DNA of 64,000 nt from Cystobasidiomycetes sp. EMM_F5 (GCA_051047955.1 JBPGPT010000006.1:310001-374000); one strand, 5' to 3'. Counted from the stretch's first letter, positions 36,823 through 50,592 are shown. The notes: generated from the sequence alone by a model not told the origin. Program-made: numbers and translations.

Positions 36823-39800
36823 CTAGGACTTGGTGGGAGTCTGCTTTTTCAGAAGAGCTTGGAGAGCACGTCTTTCGTTTTTGAGGCGTCTGAAGCAGTA
36901 TTCAATTAATCGAGACGATGCCGAATGAGTCAAGGACGCTTACACATTCTCTTCTCTCAAAGCTTTCGCTTCGGCATCAATAGCAGCAGCATGCTCATCA
37001 ATGCGGTCGTTCGCCATTTTGGCCGCGTCCTACCAATCTCCTATCAGCATCGACAAGATCAGGCCACACCAGGTGTACTTACGATCGCCATTCGGTCCAG
37101 CTCGGCGTCTCTATCAGCTAAAGCCGAGTCTAGCTTGGTCTGTAAGTCGGCGCAGATTTGCTTGAATTCGTGAAGTGCTTGCCGCAAATCATCGTTCTCG
37201 TCCTTGAGTCGCTTAAGGGCTTGCTCATACTGCAAGCAACTGCGTCAAATTTTACAACCGGCAAGCGTTCTAAAATGCTCACGGCACTCTTCTCGTCGGC
37301 ACTTTGTTGCCGAAGTAAGTCGACTTCCATTGCGGCAGTATCTGCTGCAACGCTACTTTGGGACACTTCGCGCTGTAAATTCGGTACCGGCTTGCGATGA
37401 ATACGACTGGCGCTGCTAGATGGGGTATAGAGGGATTGCTGGGAGTCGCTTTGATCGCGACTCTGTTGATATAGCGACCTTGTATGCGGAGATCGTGGCA
37501 GACTACCGACCCTGTTAAGATCTCGATTCGCGAAGCGACTTGCTGTGTGAGATAATGGCTACCAAACCTCTTAGTTCCAGTTTCCAACTTACGCATATTC
37601 GCGTCTCATATCGGCACTCACCTCCACTCGAGCCGGGCCTTGCCTTGAACTCGACACGTTTCGCGACTGTGTCGTTACATTGCACTTGTCCGATCGAACG
37701 TCCGCCGGGGTCGTTTCACGCTGTGCTCGCTTTGACGAGGTTGAGAGTTCATCGTCCTCATAGTCCAGACTGCGTTTCTTGCTCATGCTGGGCGACACAT
37801 TCCGTGACAGGAAAGGATCGTTTTCATCTACCGGTGCTCTGGGATTCGGCTCCGCTGACCGGGACCGGGGTCCAGCCATGCCACTTGGACTTGCTGGAGA
37901 TCTGGATCCGAGCTGCCGCGGCCCATTTGGCCGACTTACGGTCCCGCTTCGCTTCAGCGGTGTTGGCGACAGCATTCTGTCGTCGATCGGAGACATCATG
38001 TTTCTTGGCGGAGTACGAGCTTAAAGCGATATTAATTCAGCAAATGGGCCGCCAAACGATGAAAGCATGGACCTACGAGCCAGCAATTCTTCCATATTGT
38101 CATCCTCGCCCTGCTGCAAAACCTCTTCTTCTTCGACCATGTGCATAGACTGCACACTCAAAGACCTCGCCAGCGGACCGCTGTGGCTGCGGTTGAGTAT
38201 ATTGCTCGTTGTCTGACGTAAAGAGGAGAGGCTTGTTGCGCGTCTAGGGTTGCAAGCACCCAATGTGGCAGAAGCATCTGTACTGCTGTCATATATAGAT
38301 TTGCTCGAGTCGGCGTCTGGTACCATGGAGTCTGCACCAGCAAGCTGTCTCGACGACAACGAATCTTGGGCCTGATACAGTGATCCGCGCTGCCGCCGTT
38401 CCGATTGACTGCCATGTCGAGCCATATCCGCAGTCTGCTGACGGCGTCCAAGCAAGCTTGATTTTGTCGGCACTGATGCTGGACCTCGCAAAGACGACTG
38501 CCCATGGTCATCCTGGGCTGCGCCGTGCGACTGGACAGAAGTTGCAGCGGAAGATGGTTCCGCGTATTCTCCGCTGAAGATAGATGCCGCCATGCGACTG
38601 TCTGCTGTGGAGGTACGACTGCCTCGCGAGAGGGTGCGGCGCGGACTACCCGGCTCGCGTCCAGGCGAGAGCATAAAGTCCATGACATTACGACTGACTG
38701 ACTGGCTCAAGGCCTTGCTTGGGGATTGTAATGAAGCATGCGAGGTCTGGCGGTCGAGTCTGGAGTTAGTTCTGCGCAACTCAGATCTCGGCAACGCTTC
38801 GTGCTGTATAGCAGTCTCCAGTATCACCCTGGTCAGGGCAGGGAAATCGGACGTGGCATGCTGCGAACGAGTCGTCTCGCCAATACGAGTGTATATACTG
38901 TACGAGCAGGATGCCCCATCGTACATGCGGGCGGAGATTACTACCTGAGGACCATTGCTTGAGAAATCCAGAGGCGCAGCATCGTTGGATGCGCACAGCT
39001 GCAATGCAATCTTGGACTGTCGATAAACATCAGTAGCACTCCAAGGAGATTACTGATGACGCTTTGCTCACTTTACGAGACTCGAGGGTATACGACTGGC
39101 GATCATACAAATTCCAGTAAGCAGACAGGTCCTGCGTACGAAGAAGCAGAGCTTTTCGGTAGCCTCCACCCTGGCCTTTCAGATGTGCGGTCGACTGCCA
39201 TATATTTTTAAGAAAGCGCGACTTGTCGACTGGTGTTTCAGGCTTCACTATACGGAACGCCCGAAGTGGGCGGCCGTTCCACTTCTCCGATGCATAAACC
39301 TGATGCGGTGGATGTTGGAGATATAGTCTGAAGTCGAGATTCCCTGCATCTTTTGCGACTAGCTCACCAAGATCGAATGCTCCCTTGAACTTCATCGTCT
39401 TTGCTCGCCCTTTCCACGGTGATCGACTGCCGGTACTCCGCTGCATACGCATATCACTCGCAAGCTTGTTGATGTTGTCCAATCCAACGAGAGCGCGGCC
39501 CCCTCTTCGATCGGTCGTTTCTCGCTTCGCAATAACGATTTGGTCGTTGAAGAGGAAAATTGTGCAGAATAGCTCCGCCGTATGGGCAGCATAGTCGCCG
39601 ATATTGGCGTGGGATGGTATGTCTGTGCCTGGGAGCGGTGTATCGAGAACGTCAATACAGTCGACAAAGTATCGCCCGCTTGAGGTGAAGCGCGCAGGGA
39701 GGCCATCGATGACCTGAGCAAGTCCAAACAAAGCGGCTGCTCGACGCGTCTGCTCGTCCTCGTCCAGGACTGAGACTTGGCACGCAATCTCTAGTGCCGC

Positions 39801-40880
39801 TACCAGAGTCGATCGCATGGACGAGTCGATGGGGATTTCCTTGAGCAGTCTCTCAATTAACAGCTTATACCGAGGCATCCGTTGAAACGGCTCAACGAGG
39901 AGTGAATCGAGCGAGGAATTTGCCCGACCTTCTGCCGCGGCTTCTCGAGTCTTTTCAACAAAGCTTGCAAACCTCTTGTTTTTGCTCCGTAGTTCACGTT
40001 CCATGGCTTGGGCATTGTTGAGATTCGACATGTATTTTGGATATACCGAAGAGAAATGGCTAATGTGTCGCAAGATTGCACTAGCCCAATTTTCACGTCT
40101 TCCGGTACCCTTCAGACTGGCTGAGAGATCAGCGAGAAATGCTTGATTTGCGGCAAGGATCAGCTCAATATTGCCAAACATCTGCTTTGCGGCAAATAAG
40201 GGTATGATTTCCGTGTCGCGATTGTGTGCATAGGCTCGTAGAGGTTGTGCATACAGCTGCGCGATACCTTCCGGTGAGCTGTGCTTGCTGTGTATTCGCA
40301 GTATACTCGACTTACATCATGTAGAGTCCTGATACGGCTGACATAGTTTTCTTCTGTCTTGAGCAATTCCCGCAGCGTGAGCTGCAAATTCTCGTCATTC
40401 GGCGGTCGTTCCTGTGTGATGAAGCATCGACATCCATCAGCCATAACCAACAGGTTGTTTACGTTTACCGGACGTTGCCCGGCGATCGACGTACGAGCGG
40501 ATTCGATAGTAGATTGAGCGAGTCGACCTTAGAGGGCGTGGTGGGGAATGCAGGCGACGCTGTTGGTATATCGAGCTCCTTCCCTAGACCAGGCAGTACC
40601 TGCGATATGCCTGAGCGATCTCGGTCTCAGCGAGGTGTCCAGTCAAGGCTCTGGAACCGGTCAACCCACTAAACGGGATTGTCCAGTGCCCTTCGATGCA
40701 CTGGGTATCCTCCACGACAACATCGCAAAACACAGCCCTCTGCTTTCCTTTGCTGTTGCTGCGAGTGGGCGTCGATGTTGCTGCTGATGCTGCTGCTGCC
40801 TCCCCGAGAACCCTGCTAGGCCCAGACTGGGAGTCGTTCCGCCGTGTTGACTGTTTCAATGGCGACGCCGTAGCCATCAT
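36823..40880 (-). CDS. Rho guanine-nucleotide exchange factor (DH domain, C-terminal coiled coil; Gef2-like architecture)
   Basis: LRELLKTEENYVSRIRTL, MFGNIELILAANQAFL, SLLVEPFQRMPRYKLLIERL; S/R-rich linker; coiled-coil end RLKNERRALQALLKKQTPTKS*. Confidence 0.85.
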
Positions 40881-41417
40881 AGCATGTCTCCCATGTGTCT
40901 GCTTGTTGCTGCTGTAGCTCTTCGCGGTGTCTTTCTTGCTGCAGTCTGGCCTGTTTATGCTACTGGTATTCCGTGAAAAACAAAACAAAAGTAGTCGCGC
41001 TCGCCCGTTGACGCGCGAACGATCGGATGCAAGGCAGCAAAGGGCAACCACTGGCACGGCTTGCACGCTGAGTATAGTGTCAGCAATGAACCTGGAAGCA
41101 CTCGCAAGTTGCTCTCGTTGACTTCCGCAGCTCGAAGTCTGCATCCTCGGGCGACAACTGGAACATACAAAGAAGCGGAGATATGTTGGCAGGTACATGG
41201 CAAATATCGGAGAAGCACCCGAGACTAGTTGCGCAGGATCTACATCTTGGAAGCACCATTACTATGATTACTGAATATCAAAGCTACATGCAAACTTCCT
41301 AAGGACCCAACTGACCAATTATTTGAGAGGCGTACTAAAGGAAACAAAAAAACGATAGACATCCTAATATTGTCCATGGGTATACGTAGTCATGTTCTGA
41401 CACCAGCCGCCCCGACC

Positions 41418-43814
41418 TTAATCCATCCATCCAGAAATAGCCGAGCATAAGCACAGACCCTCGCAAATGCATCGAAGTTGTGGAGCGGATTCCGCACCCG
41501 CCTGAACGGCCGGTACGCTGATCTCAGTGCTCTCCAAGTCAAGAGCAGTGATGACATCTGCCACAGTATTCGCTGACGAGACATTTTGCGCCTTGTCTGC
41601 TGTCGCTTCATGCTGGTCGACCAAACCCGGCAACATTGACGCGCGCTGAACAGCTTGTTCTAGGACCTTGCGTGCTTCTAACAGCATCTTGATTGCTTCG
41701 TTGCGGGCAGCTGCCAACTCGCCATCCGCACTCACAGCACTCGCTGATTTGGGAGCAATCGCCACGGTACCAGTCGGGACTTGAAGAGTATTCGAATCGC
41801 AAGGCGTCAAGGGTGCACTACGTAGTGGAGTAGGGTAAGATGGCGCAGAACGAGTACGTAGCAGAGGTGGTGGCACAACCTTCAGCGACGACATACTGGA
41901 GACTGGCCGCACTTGCTCGGAAGCTCGAGGGGTCGGAAATTCTTGCGAGCCCATAGTAGGTGTCAAACTAGCGCTGCGTGGCGCTGGGATCACCTTGTCT
42001 CCCGGAATGATCAGAACAGGAGGTCGTTTCACTGTACTTCTGCGTTGCAGGACCTGTGACTGCTGCGGAGCCGTTGCTACGCATGATGGGACAGGCGGGA
42101 TGGCTATGGCCGGCGCAGCAGTTCGTGCAAGTTGTGTTGACACCGGACGCGCTTTCACGATGGATTGTCTCGATGCCAGCATTACTTGAGCTGGGTTATG
42201 AGCGAACATTTTCGTCTCTTCCGGAGACTCTACCTTGCGCATCGAGTCGACAAGCTTCGGGACGATTTGCTGGCCTTCTCTGAGCGAGTTTGTCGGCACT
42301 CCTGGCATCTGTACGGCTCGAACAGCTGCAAGAGGTGTCCTCGAAGCGGGTGTTGTCATCGTTTGACCTTGCTGAACAGGTAGAGGCGGATGCGCGACTG
42401 CAGGTCCTGTCGTCGATCTTTTCTGCATAGTCTTTCGCTTAGCGGCCGCTATCGACGTCCTCGGCTTCGACTCTTCCGCTTCAACTTTAGCAGCCTGTCT
42501 CCGCATCTTGATGAGCACGAGGGCTGCCGCGTCTACTCGTGCCCTACATTTCGCTTCTTCCTCTCTTGCGATGCGTAGTCTGATATCTGCGCTGTCTGTA
42601 TCTTTTCCAGCCCATACGCTGCTCTCCAACGCTTCCTCTGCACGCTCTACAAGCCGGCAAGCGATCTCCCAAGACCCGTGTCGTGCGTGATGCGTACGTC
42701 TCGCCAGCTCTAGGTATGAGTCGTTTGCTTCGGAGGGCGCACTTTCGTTTGGTGTCGTCACGACCGGTTTAAAGGTCTTATTGGCACCCGGCGCGGGGAA
42801 GTACGTTCGATGCTGCTGGAAGGCTTTGGCGATCGGAGCGGGTGTTACAGTGAGCGTAGATGTAGGCAAGGGTGTCATTGCAGGAACAGGAGGTATAATT
42901 TCAGCTGGCGTGGGCATCGGCGGGACTGCAGATGACGCTCGCTGGATGTGTTTCGGCAACGCCGTAGGTATCGTAGTCGCTCGTTTCAGACTAATAGGGG
43001 CTGACGCAGGGTTAGGAGACGGTGCGCGCTGAATAGATGCTTCCTTGATTGAGGCAACTGATATAGGCAGCGGTGGAGGTGGGGATTGTGCTCGCTGGAC
43101 TAGCCTTTTCGACGTTCTGTCGGAGTGCGCAACAGGCTGTTTCGAGATCCTGTTTGTAGGCTCCGGAATCCGTTGCGTCATCCTTTTGACCAGTTTCTGA
43201 ATAGTTGAGTTGTGCGTACTAGGGGGAAGGGGCTCGAAAGCCTGTGGATTGGGCGATGTGGACGGGGTAAGCGTTATTGGCCGCAAGAATGGGGAAGGCA
43301 ATGGCGACCGCTGGACGGGCGGTGATGCACATTCAATGAGTGGTGGGGCTGTTAATTCCGGTTGAGAGCTGTATTGCGTGACAGGCCGAGGTGATATCGC
43401 ATCGCAAGGCTTGTTTACGGAAGAAGCGTAAGATGTGGCGGATCTGTTAGACGGCACATCAGTATCTGTTGCATCAGTCTCGATGATGGCAAGGTTACGA
43501 CATACGACAGAGATGCAGCAGAATCCGTTGTAGTCAAGCTGTTTGATGAGGACGAGCTCGAAGTGGCGTTACCGAAGGATTGAGCGCTCTCGATACTGCT
43601 TTCAGAAGAAGCTGAGTAGAAGGCAGACGAGTCGCGTCAGGCCTGGCGATTGAATGAAATAATGGTCGCTCCACTCACTTTTTGTAATCCGTAATGGCTC
43701 TACAGACTCGACGGGCTGGAAGACTTGCATTGCTGCCCAACTCCTCATCCCGATTCCTGCAATGTTCTCGAGGGCTTCGAGTGCGGCTGCATCGACCTGA
43801 CCGGGGTACGCCAT
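41418..43814 (-). CDS. Pro/Ser/Ala-rich, largely disordered hypothetical protein
   Basis: 679-codon ORF plus upstream exon starting MAYPGQVDAAALEALENIAG. Helical islands (SYLELARRTHHARHGSWEIACRLVERAEEALE; ELAAARNEAIKMLLEARKVLEQAV). Confidence 0.7.
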
Positions 43815-43887
43815 GTTTGTCGAGCAGGGCAGTCAGGTTGTTGTGTCAGTCAGGGTTGCAAATCTGATGGGTGGAGGGGAAGACAAG

Positions 43888-44205
43888 GTAAACAAAAATC
43901 AGCTTCCGGACTGACAGGTCTCGCCTGTTATTGTTTGTTTTCGTGTGAATTGCCTGACTACGAGTAAATGGGCCCGCGCAGTCTTTTGAAGCTTTATTTC
44001 TCGCAATGGCATGCTGAGGCATGCCCGGCTATACGCGCAGATATCGCGACTTGACGCGGTTAAACACGAGCATGCCGCGACTGCGCTGCGTCTACTAACG
44101 CGGGTGTACGCAGATTGACTTTTCAGCGATTTTGTGTTACGATGGGCGTTGAGTCAGTCGCATTTTCAGGCACGCGTAGACTTGACGCGACTACTTTGCG
44201 CGTCG
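43888..44205. promoter_or_regulatory. Forkhead-type site plus cluster of MCB-like ACGCG elements
   Basis: GTAAACAA 43888-43895; ACGCGT 44172-44177; GACTTGACGCG at 44048 and 44179; several more CGCG cores. Confidence 0.45.
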
Positions 44206-44863
44206 TACATGGGTCAGCTGCATGAAAGCACTGAATATCAGCATCAGTTGAGCGAGAGCAGTATGGCTAGTGGATACAGTACAGCCTGCGATGGTCGGTG
44301 GGCGACACAGTAGGCGTTTGACAGTCCGCCTAAGAGGTCAGAGTTTGCGCGTGGACGATGTATAATTGCATGAGCAAGGACGGGATCATGTGAATGAAAC
44401 TAGTGCACAATCATTCTTTGCAGTCCATTACCTGTCCTAAGAGTCCCTTATCGCGATCAATCTGCCTCAGCGTCGCTGCCATCCTCCGTCTTCGATATCC
44501 GTTCGAGCTGCTGAGCATGGGCGCTCCCACTCGTTGGGGAGATTCGGTGTTGGCCGCGTTGCACACTGGCAGGCCATGTCTCGGGACTAGTGGCCTCTGC
44601 ATGCGCTGCGTAGATTTGCTTGCGGGACCCTTCAACGACGCCGAGCACGCCGATATGCTTTGGTCAGCGGAACCGTCATTTTGAAGAATTGGTTGCAAAT
44701 TCTGCTGCCGGAGTGTTCATCGTTGGCCTGCTACAGTCCTGCAAACCCACTCGCACACCTCGCAGCCCTGTCCACCTCCTGGCTTTTCAGTTCTTCGTTA
44801 TCCCGATAAATCGACGACTACACATTATTATCCTGCACTGGTCCATCCAGAAACCGCACAACG

Positions 44864-46897
44864 ATGCAGACTCCACTCCGCACTCCACTCAAGGACAGCG
44901 ATGAGCTAAACGAACTCCACGACCGCTTCGACGCTCAAATTCCACCTGGTCTCGGCAGTGATCACTTGCAGCGCAGGCAGGGCTACCTCCCAGCACGGAC
45001 GCCCGAAGTGACGGCGACTGAGCGGCGCTTTGACCAGCAGCAAGCGCACGTCCACAATGGCAGTCCACTGCGTTCTTTTGGCCGGCGTGGAAGTATTCCA
45101 ATCCAGCCAGCTCCAGTGTCGACCTCGTCGTCAGGGGTAGCGGCAAAGCAATCGTCGAGATCCAGCAGCGTCAGTCTAAACTACGCTGATTCTGCCCAAC
45201 ATCTCCATCAAAACCATCATCACAACCAGCGACCGCTCCAAGAGACCACCAGCGTCAACTCGCCCTCGTTTGTGTTTCCTCAGAATGCAGGCAGAGGTGG
45301 AGGAGCGACAAACGGTAGCTCTGCTGGCGGAGTCGCTGTCAACGGGAGCAGCACAGGAATGCACAAGTCGGCCAGCAATACAAGCTCGATAAGCGGAACG
45401 ACCGTGTACGACTCGCCCAAAAGGTCGAGAAGCGGAAGCATGAGCGACTACTCTACCGATAACCCATTTGGATCGCCAAACGGCACTGTAGTGTCGAATG
45501 GCTCGCCAGAGACTAACAGTAGTCCGTTTATGAAGAAGCACAACGTCATTCCTTCGCTATCGTCCACCCTTCCTCCGGTAACCTCTCCCTTGTCAGCTAA
45601 AGCACACCAATTTAAAGGCACAAAATGGGGTTGGCCAGGTCTATCGTCACCTCCTGGATACGCCCAATCTCAAGCTCTCAACACTGCAGCAGCAGCCCGC
45701 CGTCAGGCATGGGATACCCCTACAGCGTGGATGATCTACTACTTTATCGCAAACCTGTCTCTCACACTATACAACAAGCTTCTCATGAACAAGTTTCCCT
45801 TTCCGTGGGCGCTGACAGGCGTGCACACGCTCTGCGGAGCTCTTGGCAGTCAAGCATGTCTCTCGAGGGGCCTCTTTACGCAACAACGTCTTTCCACCAA
45901 GGAGAATGCCGTCCTTGTCGCCTTTTCGTTTCTGTACACTGTCAACATTGCAGTGTCAAATCTATCTCTCAATCTGGTCACTGTGCCTGTGCGTATGGGA
46001 AGAGTAGCGTCGGGACATCATCGACGGCTTGAAAACTCGCATATTTGGTTGGGAGCTGATTATTGTAACCGTTTTTGTACACAGTTCCATCAAGTCGTTC
46101 GTGCTATGACTCCCCTATTCACCATTGTCCTCGCTACCATCTTTCTAGGCAAGCGATCAAAACGAGCAACATACCTTTCGCTCATCCCGGTTGTCCTCGG
46201 CGTCGTGTTTGCAACGTACGGCGACTACTATTTCACTACATGGGGACTGTGCTTGACGCTGCTAGGCACGCTGCTTGCAGCAATGAAGACGATAGTGACA
46301 AACATGATTTTGGTTGGTCGACTCAAGCTGCATCCTCTGGATCTCCTCCTGCGCATGTCGCCTTTGGCTTTTGCTCAATGCATCTTTGCGTCCTGGTATA
46401 CCGGAGAACTCCAGCAGGTTCGCGCCTATGGAGCGACGGAAATGGACACCAACAAGTTCCTAGGCTTGGCCATCAATGGCATGATTGCGTTCGCACTGAA
46501 TGTCGTCAGCTTTACGGTAAGATTCGCCTTCCCTTTTGGGGGTATAGTCGGCTAACGCAGTCCTTTCCGATGTCATTCACAGGCAAACAAGAAGACTTCG
46601 CCTCTATCAATGACTGTCGCCGCGAACGTCAAGCAGGTCTTGACGATTGTCCTAGCGGTTCTCATCTTTCACCTTCACATAAATCTCACCAACCTGTTCG
46701 GCATAACGCTCACCCTGGCTGGAGGAGCTGCATACGCCAAAGTGGAGTACGACGCCAAGCAGGCTCGTAGTGTCGCAGTGCCGACTGGAACCGGTGCGAT
46801 GGGTAATGGGGATATGACGCTGCACGGTCACAAAGAACAGGACCCGGCCTCTGTGCCACTTATGGGCGTGACGGAGGAGAAGCGCAACAGGCTTTAG
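44864..46897 (+). CDS. Triose-phosphate/nucleotide-sugar transporter (TPT/SLC35E-like) with long S-rich N-terminal extension
   Basis: YFIANLSLTLYNKLLM..FPFPWALTGVH, NIAVSNLSLNLVTVPFHQVVRAMTP, LNVVSFTANKKTSPLSMTVAANVKQVLTI. Confidence 0.92.
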
Positions 46898-47277
46898 ACT
46901 AGCCGTCCGCCTTATCAAGTTTAAAGTCATCCTGGGCAGTGCCTTTCAGTATCTGTAGGACCAGTCGCCGTGTGTCCAATCACGCCGTACACGTGAATCT
47001 AATATCGAGATGTCTCGCTTGCCACTCCCAACCTCCGTCACTTCGTTCTCTCGCATCATCTTAGAAGTGTTTTTCGTCTCCTCGGTTTCAGTTAGCAGGG
47101 TATACTTTCGTGCAGACCAAATTGTCAGTACCAGCCGAAGGTGCAGTGACGTAGACAGTCTCTGTCATTTGTAAGGACGAGTTACTATCGTTGTCTGCTT
47201 TTATCCATCGTACTTGGAAACAGCACGGCACGCTGCCATTTTTCAACCACACTGCCATCCGCAATTGACAATCGCTA

Positions 47278-48718
47278 CTAATCATCCCGTCCTGCCGCTT
47301 TTTTCAAACCCCATCCGTTACCCGTCCAAGCTTCCCCTACCCACATTCTCCATCTCCACAGAGCAACGAGCAGGGGTAGCGTTTCTCTCGATCCTTTCCT
47401 GATCAAGACCAGCTTGTTGTTCAATCCGACAGCCTCTGTATCCGACCGATCGCTTGCACGTATCGCAGTAGCACGATCTCGATCCAAATTAATTATGAGG
47501 CTCATGCTCTGCTCAAAGCGGCTGCGTAAAGTGTCGAGAAGCGCTATTTCTCGTGCATAAGACTGGGGGTACATCATCTCGAGCTCTCGATAGTCCTCGG
47601 GCGGGACATCTTGCGATACTCTCCATCGTTCTCCCATGGTTTCGCCATCAGGTGGAGGCGGTATCAATTCATTGAGTGTTCGCTTCGAGACGCAGTCGGT
47701 GCTTGGGAGGGAGAACAGGGAGGGGATCAGATAGAGAGGAGTGCAATGAGGCGCGAGTGGGGAGCATGATGCAGCGCTGGGAAGGGCGAGCAGATGAGAA
47801 AAATGAGATGATGTTTCGGACTGGAGTGAATGGAATGAAAGGATGGCTATTGGCGGATCCTTATCTATGAAACTCGAAGGAAGGAGGGAGCTGTCAATCA
47901 TCTCGTGGAAGGCTTGTTCGTCGGACTCAAGTGCAGTGATAGGAAAAGCCGATTTGCGAGGTGTCTTTGTTTTGCTTGACAGTGCGGTGAGCAGCACTTG
48001 TATTTCCTGCACTATCCGCCGACGTAGTTGCGAGTCGATCTGAAACATCAGAACCCTGTTCTTGATTGCAGGACGCTGAGATCCTGGTATCTGCATGTCC
48101 CGCTTGATGTATTCCATGACTGCCGTTCTTCTGCAGACGATGTATGCGCGGTCGCTGGCCAGTGCGGGCAATTCGGCCTTTGCTTCGGCAGAAGCTGGAT
48201 GCAGCAGCTCTCTCGGAAAGACGTTTGTCAGCCGTCGTGGAGTACGGTAGGACTCTCTAGAGGATGGCTCGGGGTCATCGTGTGGGTAAGTTGCAGTTTT
48301 CAACGCAATGAGCAGATTGTTTGGCAGTGTCTTTCGGCTGAATATACATCTCCGAATAGGCGAGCTGAGCATGTTTACTGTGGAGACACATCAAGACGAT
48401 GAGCGCGCTCGACTTGCAGACGTATCTAAACTCACAGTACGGGTCCGACTCCCACTCGAGCTCTTCTTCAGACAGAGTCGCATCATGGTCGCCCTTCTTT
48501 GACGGGGGAGCAGCTTTGTGCAACTTGTGCTTTTCGGGATGGACTATGGGATTATCGTCGTCGAGGAGGATGGACTGGGTACGACGAGCTCGGAGGACGT
48601 TGGCGGCACTTGCAGCGTAGCATCGGCGGGCAGGGAATGGGCAGCCGTGATTGACCGACAAGGGCTGCAGTGATGATGAGAGCTGGCTGGCGTGTCGAGC
48701 GACATGCCGAATGAGCAT
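47278..48718 (-). CDS. Predicted mitochondrial protein with YlxR/DUF448-like (Rrg8-like) pattern
   Basis: Presequence MLIRHVARHASQLSS..RRCYA; one intron; DPYLNMLSSPIRRCIFSRKTLPNNLLIAL..AYIVCRRTAV..QIDSQLRRRIVQEI; C-terminal VALWRWRMWVGE. Confidence 0.65.
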
Positions 48719-48965
48719 GCAGTGGTCACAAAGACATGCAATGATTTAGTTTGGATATTATTCCAAAACATTAGCTATTCTGCCAATACATGCGTGCGTT
48801 GTTTGTAATTGCACCCTTACAATCCATTACAACTGCTAGCCATTACAAGCTACAAGCTGCCTTACTCTTTTATCGTTCTCCGCTCATTGCCGCCCCCTCA
48901 ATAATTTGATTGAGATCCAGACCAGCTCCAACCCAGCTTCCATTTCAAATTAAACACCCCAAGCC

Positions 48966-50592
48966 ATGTCGGCCACTCGCTCAGTCTCGCGGCTGCTGAG
49001 CCAGTCGTGCGCTCGCTCGTCGTTGCAGCAGCGTTGCAGCCTTTCGACGAGCGTCCCAGCAGCCATCGCAGCGCCGGCGAGCTCCACCACGAGCAGCAGC
49101 CTGAGCATACGCAAGACTGCAGTGGACGCAGCAAGAGCTCAGCGATTAGCGTATGGTCTGCAGAGCCAGCAGCAGCAGCAGCGGTCCGCCCACTCTGGCG
49201 AGACCAACGATAATATGATGACCTGCAGAGAAGCCCTCAACCAGGCAATGGACGAGGAGATGGCAAGGGACCCGAATGTCTTTATCCTCGGAGAAGAGGT
49301 CGGGCAGTACAATGGTGCTTACAAGGTAAACTCGATGTTTTGCGATTATCGCCTGGCTTCCGTCTCGAGACCTGGGCTGAAAAGAAGTGCCATCTTCTCA
49401 CGATAGGTAACGAAAGGACTGCTCGACAAGTACGGCGATAAGCGTGTTATCGATACTCCAATTACCGTACGTATATTCAACCCGCCAAAGTATACCCATA
49501 CTCACGCCTAATTTCGTATCGCAGGAATCTGGCTTCTCAGGAATGGCAGTAGGAGCAGCATTTGCTGGTCTGCGGCCCATTTGCGAATTTATGACATTCA
49601 ACTTTGCCAGTACGTTCACTGCGCTCTCGCTCAGTGCAATTTCCGACTAACCCCAATTCCGTCCCTGCAGTGCAAGCTATTGATCAGATTGTCAACTCTG
49701 CTGGAAAGACATACTACATGTCTGGTGGAAATGTGTATGTGGTTGTTTTTGACGAACGGAAGTGTACGCCCATCTCATCACCATTTGCTCGCAGACCCTG
49801 TCCCGTGGTCTTCCGCGGCCCTAATGGTGCTGCTGCTGGAGTAGCTGCTCAACACTCGCAAGACTACGCTTCGTGGTATGGACAGATTCCGGGCCTCAAA
49901 GTAGTATCACCATGGAGCGCCGAAGATTGCAAGGGTTTACTCAAGGTCAGTCTGCACACGCCTTTCAACCATGATGCTAGCTGATCGAGTCCCGAATACC
50001 CAGTCTGCCATTCGCGATCCGAACCCAGTCGTATTCCTGGAGAATGAGATTCTATACGGTCAATCCTTCCCAGTCTCCAAGGAAGCGACACAAGATGATT
50101 TCCTGGTCCCTATCGGAAAAGCCAAAGTTGAGCGAGTCGGCAAGGATATTACGTTTGTCGCACACTCTCGAATGGTTGGGTACTGCGTACAAGCGGCCGA
50201 ACAGCTCGAGAAGGAAGACGGCGTCTTTGCAGAAGTCATCAACCTACGCTCCATTCGTCCACTCGATATCGAGACGGTCAAGGAGAGCGTAAAGAAGACA
50301 AACCGACTCGTTATCGTCGAAGGTGGTTTCCCCATGTTTGGTGTCGGATCAGAGATTTCGGCACAGATTGTAGAATCCGACGTCTTTGACTACCTCGATG
50401 CCCCAGTCGAGCGCGTTACCGGCGCAGATATCCCGACACCGGTGAGCTTCCTCTGGAGTCGCATCACACTTTGTAATGCTTTTGCTGATGGTTGTTTTAC
50501 TTATACAGTACGCTCACAAACTCGAGCTTCTTTCCTTCCCAGACGATTCGACCGTCGTCAAGGTCGCCCGTCGCGCTCTGTACAGATCATAA
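48966..50592 (+). CDS. PDB1: Pyruvate dehydrogenase E1 beta subunit, mitochondrial
   Basis: [76 protein letters not shown]. Confidence 0.97.

Noticed and set aside
46075..46770. 231-aa alternative-frame ORF
   Set aside because: Overlaps the well-supported TPT transporter exons in another frame and has no recognisable motif.
49166..49183. (CAG)n tract in PDB1
   Set aside because: Short poly-Gln microsatellite in the presequence region; ordinary.
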